A stretch of DNA of 63,703 bases, counting the filler, from an uncultured bacterium (GTDB lineage Bacteria > DAOPZR01): the NCBI GenBank assembly GCA_964637655.1. It is 3 parts of 3 records of this genome, joined end to end, with 100 filler letters (N's around TTAATTAATTAA, not from the genome) between each part and the next. Parts side by side here need not be neighbours in the genome. Positions count along the whole stretch, not along the records: positions 33,518 to 63,703 come from CAZWUZ010000013.1; 2 more parts are not named here. One strand, written 5' to 3'. How positions within the stretch are numbered: position 1 is the stretch's first letter; each line of letters opens with the position of its first letter. This document shows, piece after piece, positions 60,394-63,703 of this stretch. The translations under genes were made by a program, and so were the position numbers. The notes under the pieces were generated by a model, which was not told the DNA's origin, ran no database searches, and saw only the letters and a list, made by a program, of their open reading frames with translations.

Positions 60394-61557
60394 ATGACAG
60401 CAAGAAACATTGTGCTTCTGGGCAGCACGGGATCCATCGGCGAGAGCACCTGCGACGTGGTGCGGGCGGCGCCTGACCGGCTGCGCCTGACCGGGCTGGC
60501 AGCGGGCAAACGCTGGGAAAAACTCGAACAGCAGGCGCTGGCGCACGGCGTCACGCGCGTGGTGGTCGACGACCCGGCGGGCGCGGAACAACTGCAACGG
60601 CGGCACCCCGACTGGCAGGTGGGGTGCGGCATAGACGACGTCATCGCGCTGGCGACGGCGCCCGGCACGGATTTCGTCGTCGGGGCGATGGTCGGGGCAG
60701 CGGGGGCGCGCCCCGTGCTCGCGGCACTGCAGGCGGGCATCAGCGTCGGACTGGCCAACAAGGAGACGCTGGTGATGGCGGGGGAGACGGTGATGCGCGC
60801 GGCCCGCGCCTCGGGCGCCCGCATCCTCCCCATCGACAGCGAGCACAGCGCGCTCTTCCAGTGCCTCGAAGGTGAACGCGCCGCGGAAGTCGCGCGGCTG
60901 ATTCTCACCGCCTCGGGCGGCCCCTTTCTGAACTTCGCCGGCGACCTGCGCGACATCACGCTCGCTGACGCGCTGGCGCACCCCAAATGGAGCATGGGGG
61001 CCAAGGTGACCATCGACTCCTCAACGCTGATGAACAAGGGCCTCGAAGTGATTGAGGCGCATCACCTGTTCGGGTTCGCCCCGGCGCAACTCTCGGTGGT
61101 GGTCCACCCGCAGAGTATCGTCCACTCGCTGGTCGAATTCGTCGACGGCAACCTCAAGGCGCAACTCGGGGTGACGGACATGCGGCTACCCATCGCTTAC
61201 GCGCTGCACTATCCGGAGCGGGTGGCCAACCCCTTCCCGAAACTGAAACTTGTCGACCTCGAACAGCTGACCTTCCGGCGCGCTGATGCGGAGCGGTTTC
61301 CCTGCCTGCGCCTGGCCTTTGACGCAGTCAAGGCAGGGGGGACGGCGCCCGCCATCCTCAACGCGGCCAACGAAGTGGCGGTGCAGGCGTTCATGGACGG
61401 GACACTCACCTTCCCGGGGATTCCGCGGCTGGTCGAGCAGGCGCTGGGCATGGTGACGGCGCAGGCGGCGGCGGACTGGGACGCGGTGGCGGCGGCGGAT
61501 GCGGCGGGCCGCGCAGCGGCGCGCGAGTGGCTGGCGCGTGAGCGTGCGTCATGCTGA
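60394..61557 (+). CDS. dxr: 1-deoxy-D-xylulose 5-phosphate reductoisomerase
   Basis: LGSTGSIG, LANKE, PIDSEHSA, LTASGGPF, HP.WSMG.KVTIDS.TLMNKGLE.IEA. Confidence 0.97.
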   Translation: MTARNIVLLGSTGSIGESTCDVVRAAPDRLRLTGLAAGKRWEKLEQQALAHGVTRVVVDDPAGAEQLQRRHPDWQVGCGIDDVIALATAPGTDFVVGAMVGAAGARPVLAALQAGISVGLANKETLVMAGETVMRAARASGARILPIDSEHSALFQCLEGERAAEVARLILTASGGPFLNFAGDLRDITLADALAHPKWSMGAKVTIDSSTLMNKGLEVIEAHHLFGFAPAQLSVVVHPQSIVHSLVEFVDGNLKAQLGVTDMRLPIAYALHYPERVANPFPKLKLVDLEQLTFRRADAERFPCLRLAFDAVKAGGTAPAILNAANEVAVQAFMDGTLTFPGIPRLVEQALGMVTAQAAADWDAVAAADAAGRAAAREWLARERASC

Positions 61558-62876
61558 GCGTGCTGGCGGCACTCTTCGTCCTCGGCGTGGCGGTTTTCGT
61601 GCACGAACTGGGGCACTTTATTGTCGCGCGCCTCTGCGGGGTGCGGGTTGACGTTTTTTCCATCGGGTTCGGCAACCGGCTCTTCGGCTTCCGGCGCGGC
61701 AACACCGACTACCGGGTTTCCCTGCTGCCGCTGGGCGGCTACGTCAAACTGGCGGGCGAATTCCCGGAAGAGGGGGCGGTGCCGAAAACGGACGACCTCT
61801 TCGGGCGTCCCGCGTGGCAGCGCATCCTGGTTTTTGCCGCGGGCGGCGGCGGCAATTTCCTGTTTGCGTGGCTCTGTTTCGCCGGGCTGCTCTGGTACGG
61901 CTATCCCGAGGCGGTCTGGCCGACGACGGTCGGGGTGGTAAGCGACAGTTCGGCGGCGGCGGTGGCGGGTCTGCGCGTCGGTGACGACATCCGCGCCATC
62001 GACGGGCAGCCGGTGCGCGAATGGGCGGATATCCCGCTGCTGCTGACCAGCACGGCGGCCCCCGCGGCGCTGCTGACGGTGCAGCGTGACACGCAGACGC
62101 TGACGCTGCCCGTGGCGCTGCCGGAGAACATCGAGGAGCACCCGGGGATCATCGGCATCTGGCCGCGGTTTACCACGGTGGTCGGGGCGGTGAGCGACAG
62201 CTACCCGGCGGCGCTGGCGGGACTGCGCGCGGGGGACCGCATCCTCGCGGTGGGCGATACTCCGGTGGCGGCGTGGACGGAACTGCAGCAGGCGATCCGT
62301 TCGACGGGGCGCCAGCCGGTGCGCATCGTCTACGAGCGCGACCGCGTGACCTGCACCACGGTGCTCACCCCGCGCTACAGCCCGCAGCAGCGTGCGACAA
62401 TGATCGGCATCGCGCTTTACACCGACACGACCATCCGACGGTTCGCCTTCCCCGCCTGCCTCTGGCAGGGGGCACGCAAGGTGGGTGAGGTGAGCGTGCA
62501 GATGGTCGCCTCGCTGTACAAACTGGTGACCGGGCAGCTGAGCATCAAGGCGATGGGCGGTCCGGTGATGATTTTTGCCGGGGCGGCGGCGGTGGCGGAG
62601 GTCGGGTGGATCGAGCTGCTGCTCTTTACCTGTTTCATCAGCATCTCGCTGGGGATTATGAACCTCGCTCCGCTCCCCATCACTGACGGTGGGCATATCA
62701 TGTTTACCATGCTCGAAAAACTGCGCGGGCGGCGGCTGTCGGGCACAGTCAACGAGTGGATACAGATCGCGGGCGTGACCTTCCTGCTCGCGCTGTTCGC
62801 GGTGGTGCTCTATAACGATGCGGAGCGGTTCGGACTATGGTACTGGCTGACGGAAACGGTCGTCCGGAATTTCTGA
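61551..62876 (+). CDS. rseP: RIP metalloprotease RseP (two PDZ domains)
   Basis: HELGH, FSIGFG, PLGGYVK, NLAPLP.TDGGHI. Confidence 0.95.
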   Translation: MLSVLAALFVLGVAVFVHELGHFIVARLCGVRVDVFSIGFGNRLFGFRRGNTDYRVSLLPLGGYVKLAGEFPEEGAVPKTDDLFGRPAWQRILVFAAGGGGNFLFAWLCFAGLLWYGYPEAVWPTTVGVVSDSSAAAVAGLRVGDDIRAIDGQPVREWADIPLLLTSTAAPAALLTVQRDTQTLTLPVALPENIEEHPGIIGIWPRFTTVVGAVSDSYPAALAGLRAGDRILAVGDTPVAAWTELQQAIRSTGRQPVRIVYERDRVTCTTVLTPRYSPQQRATMIGIALYTDTTIRRFAFPACLWQGARKVGEVSVQMVASLYKLVTGQLSIKAMGGPVMIFAGAAAVAEVGWIELLLFTCFISISLGIMNLAPLPITDGGHIMFTMLEKLRGRRLSGTVNEWIQIAGVTFLLALFAVVLYNDAERFGLWYWLTETVVRNF

Positions 62877-63703
62877 GCCCGCGGCGCGTGACGCGGACGC
62901 TGCACATCGGTGGTGTCGCCATTGGCGGCGGTGCCCCGGTAAGCGTGCAGTCGATGACCAACACGCCGACCGCGGATAGTGCGGCGACGCGCGCGCAGAT
63001 CGCGCTGCTGGCGGCGGGCGGCTGCGACCTGGTGCGGCTGGCGGGGCCCGACGCGGACGCGGCGGCGGCGCTCCCTGCCATCCTGCGCGACAGCCCCGTC
63101 CCGCTCATCGCCGACATCCATTTCGACTACCGGCTGGCCCTGGCGTCAATCGACGCGGGCATCCATGCCCTGCGGCTCAATCCCGGCAATATCGGCGGGG
63201 AGGAGAAGGTGCGCGTGGTGGCGCAGGCGGCAAAAGCAGCGGGCGTACCCATCCGCATCGGGGTGAATGCCGGCTCGCTGGAAAAAGCGCGCCAGCAGGC
63301 CATCGACGTCGCGCCGCGCGGGGCGCATGACGCGCTGCTGGCGCAGGCGCTGGTGGAAAGCGCGCTGGCACAGGCCGCCCTGCTCGAGGCCGAAGGCCTG
63401 ACGCAGATCAAAATCTCGCTCAAGGCGTCGTCAGTGCCCGTCACGGTCATGGCCTACCGCCTGCTGGCATCGCGCAGTGACTACCCGCTGCATATCGGCA
63501 TCACCGAGGCGGGGACGCGGCTGGCGGGGAGCGTCAAGTCGGCGCTCGGACTGGGCATCCTGCTGGCGGAAGGACTGGGTGACACGCTGCGCGTGTCGCT
63601 CGCGGGCCCGCCTGACGACGAGCCGCTGGTGGCGCGGCAGATCCTCAATTTCCTCGGGCTGCGTCGCGACCTGCCCGAGGTGATCGCCTGCCCGACCTGC
63701 GCG
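62837..63703 (+). CDS. ispG: (E)-4-hydroxy-3-methylbut-2-enyl diphosphate synthase, 3' partial; absent from ORF track
   Basis: Hand translation: IGG.APVSVQSMTNT, PLIADIHFDY, LRLNPGNIG, IRIGVNAGSL, SLKAS, YPLHIGITEAG, GDTLRVSL, IACPTC. Confidence 0.96.
   Translation, partial: MVLADGNGRPEFLSPRRVTRTLHIGGVAIGGGAPVSVQSMTNTPTADSAATRAQIALLAAGGCDLVRLAGPDADAAAALPAILRDSPVPLIADIHFDYRLALASIDAGIHALRLNPGNIGGEEKVRVVAQAAKAAGVPIRIGVNAGSLEKARQQAIDVAPRGAHDALLAQALVESALAQAALLEAEGLTQIKISLKASSVPVTVMAYRLLASRSDYPLHIGITEAGTRLAGSVKSALGLGILLAEGLGDTLRVSLAGPPDDEPLVARQILNFLGLRRDLPEVIACPTCA

Overview
High-GC bacterial (probably uncultured, diderm) genome window made of three contigs joined by artificial N-TTAATTAATTAA-N linkers (2296-2395, 33418-33517), plus two 10-N scaffold gaps (23179-23188, 48325-48334). 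Contig 1 (1-2295) has three minus-strand membrane/lipoprotein genes. Contig 2 starts with a housekeeping run (yggS-proC-yggT-yggU-M20 peptidase-TPR protein-STAS-aroE-pilD-aroC[frameshifted]). Next come a putative antitoxin/nucleotidyltransferase pair, an orphan EutE/PduP-type aldehyde dehydrogenase and a RAYT-type Y1 transposase; a 36-bp inverted repeat with flanking TAAT brackets aroC through the transposase. About 40 kb (13.9-53.9 kb) is then taken up by a giant-surface-protein locus: a >=3,090-aa dockerin-ended protein, a low-GC cohesin-like/dockerin adaptor, a ~2,660-aa cohesin-like protein with a T9SS-like C-terminal sorting domain (CTD), a PorV-like barrel, a >=5,950-aa lamin-tail/Ig protein with a CTD, a stand-alone CTD protein and a PorV-TPR fusion. 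All three giants carry an H-[L/F]-S (ZU5/GPS-like autoproteolysis) motif just before the anchoring module and are strongly D-S/T rich. The window ends with spirochete-like cheY-cheX and the rpsB-tsf-pyrH-frr-ferredoxin-uppS-cdsA-dxr-rseP-ispG cluster. Best candidate for a new system (inference): a non-cellulosomal cohesin-dockerin assembly of giant, self-cleaving, possibly O-glycosylated proteins exported or anchored by CTD/PorV-like pairs.
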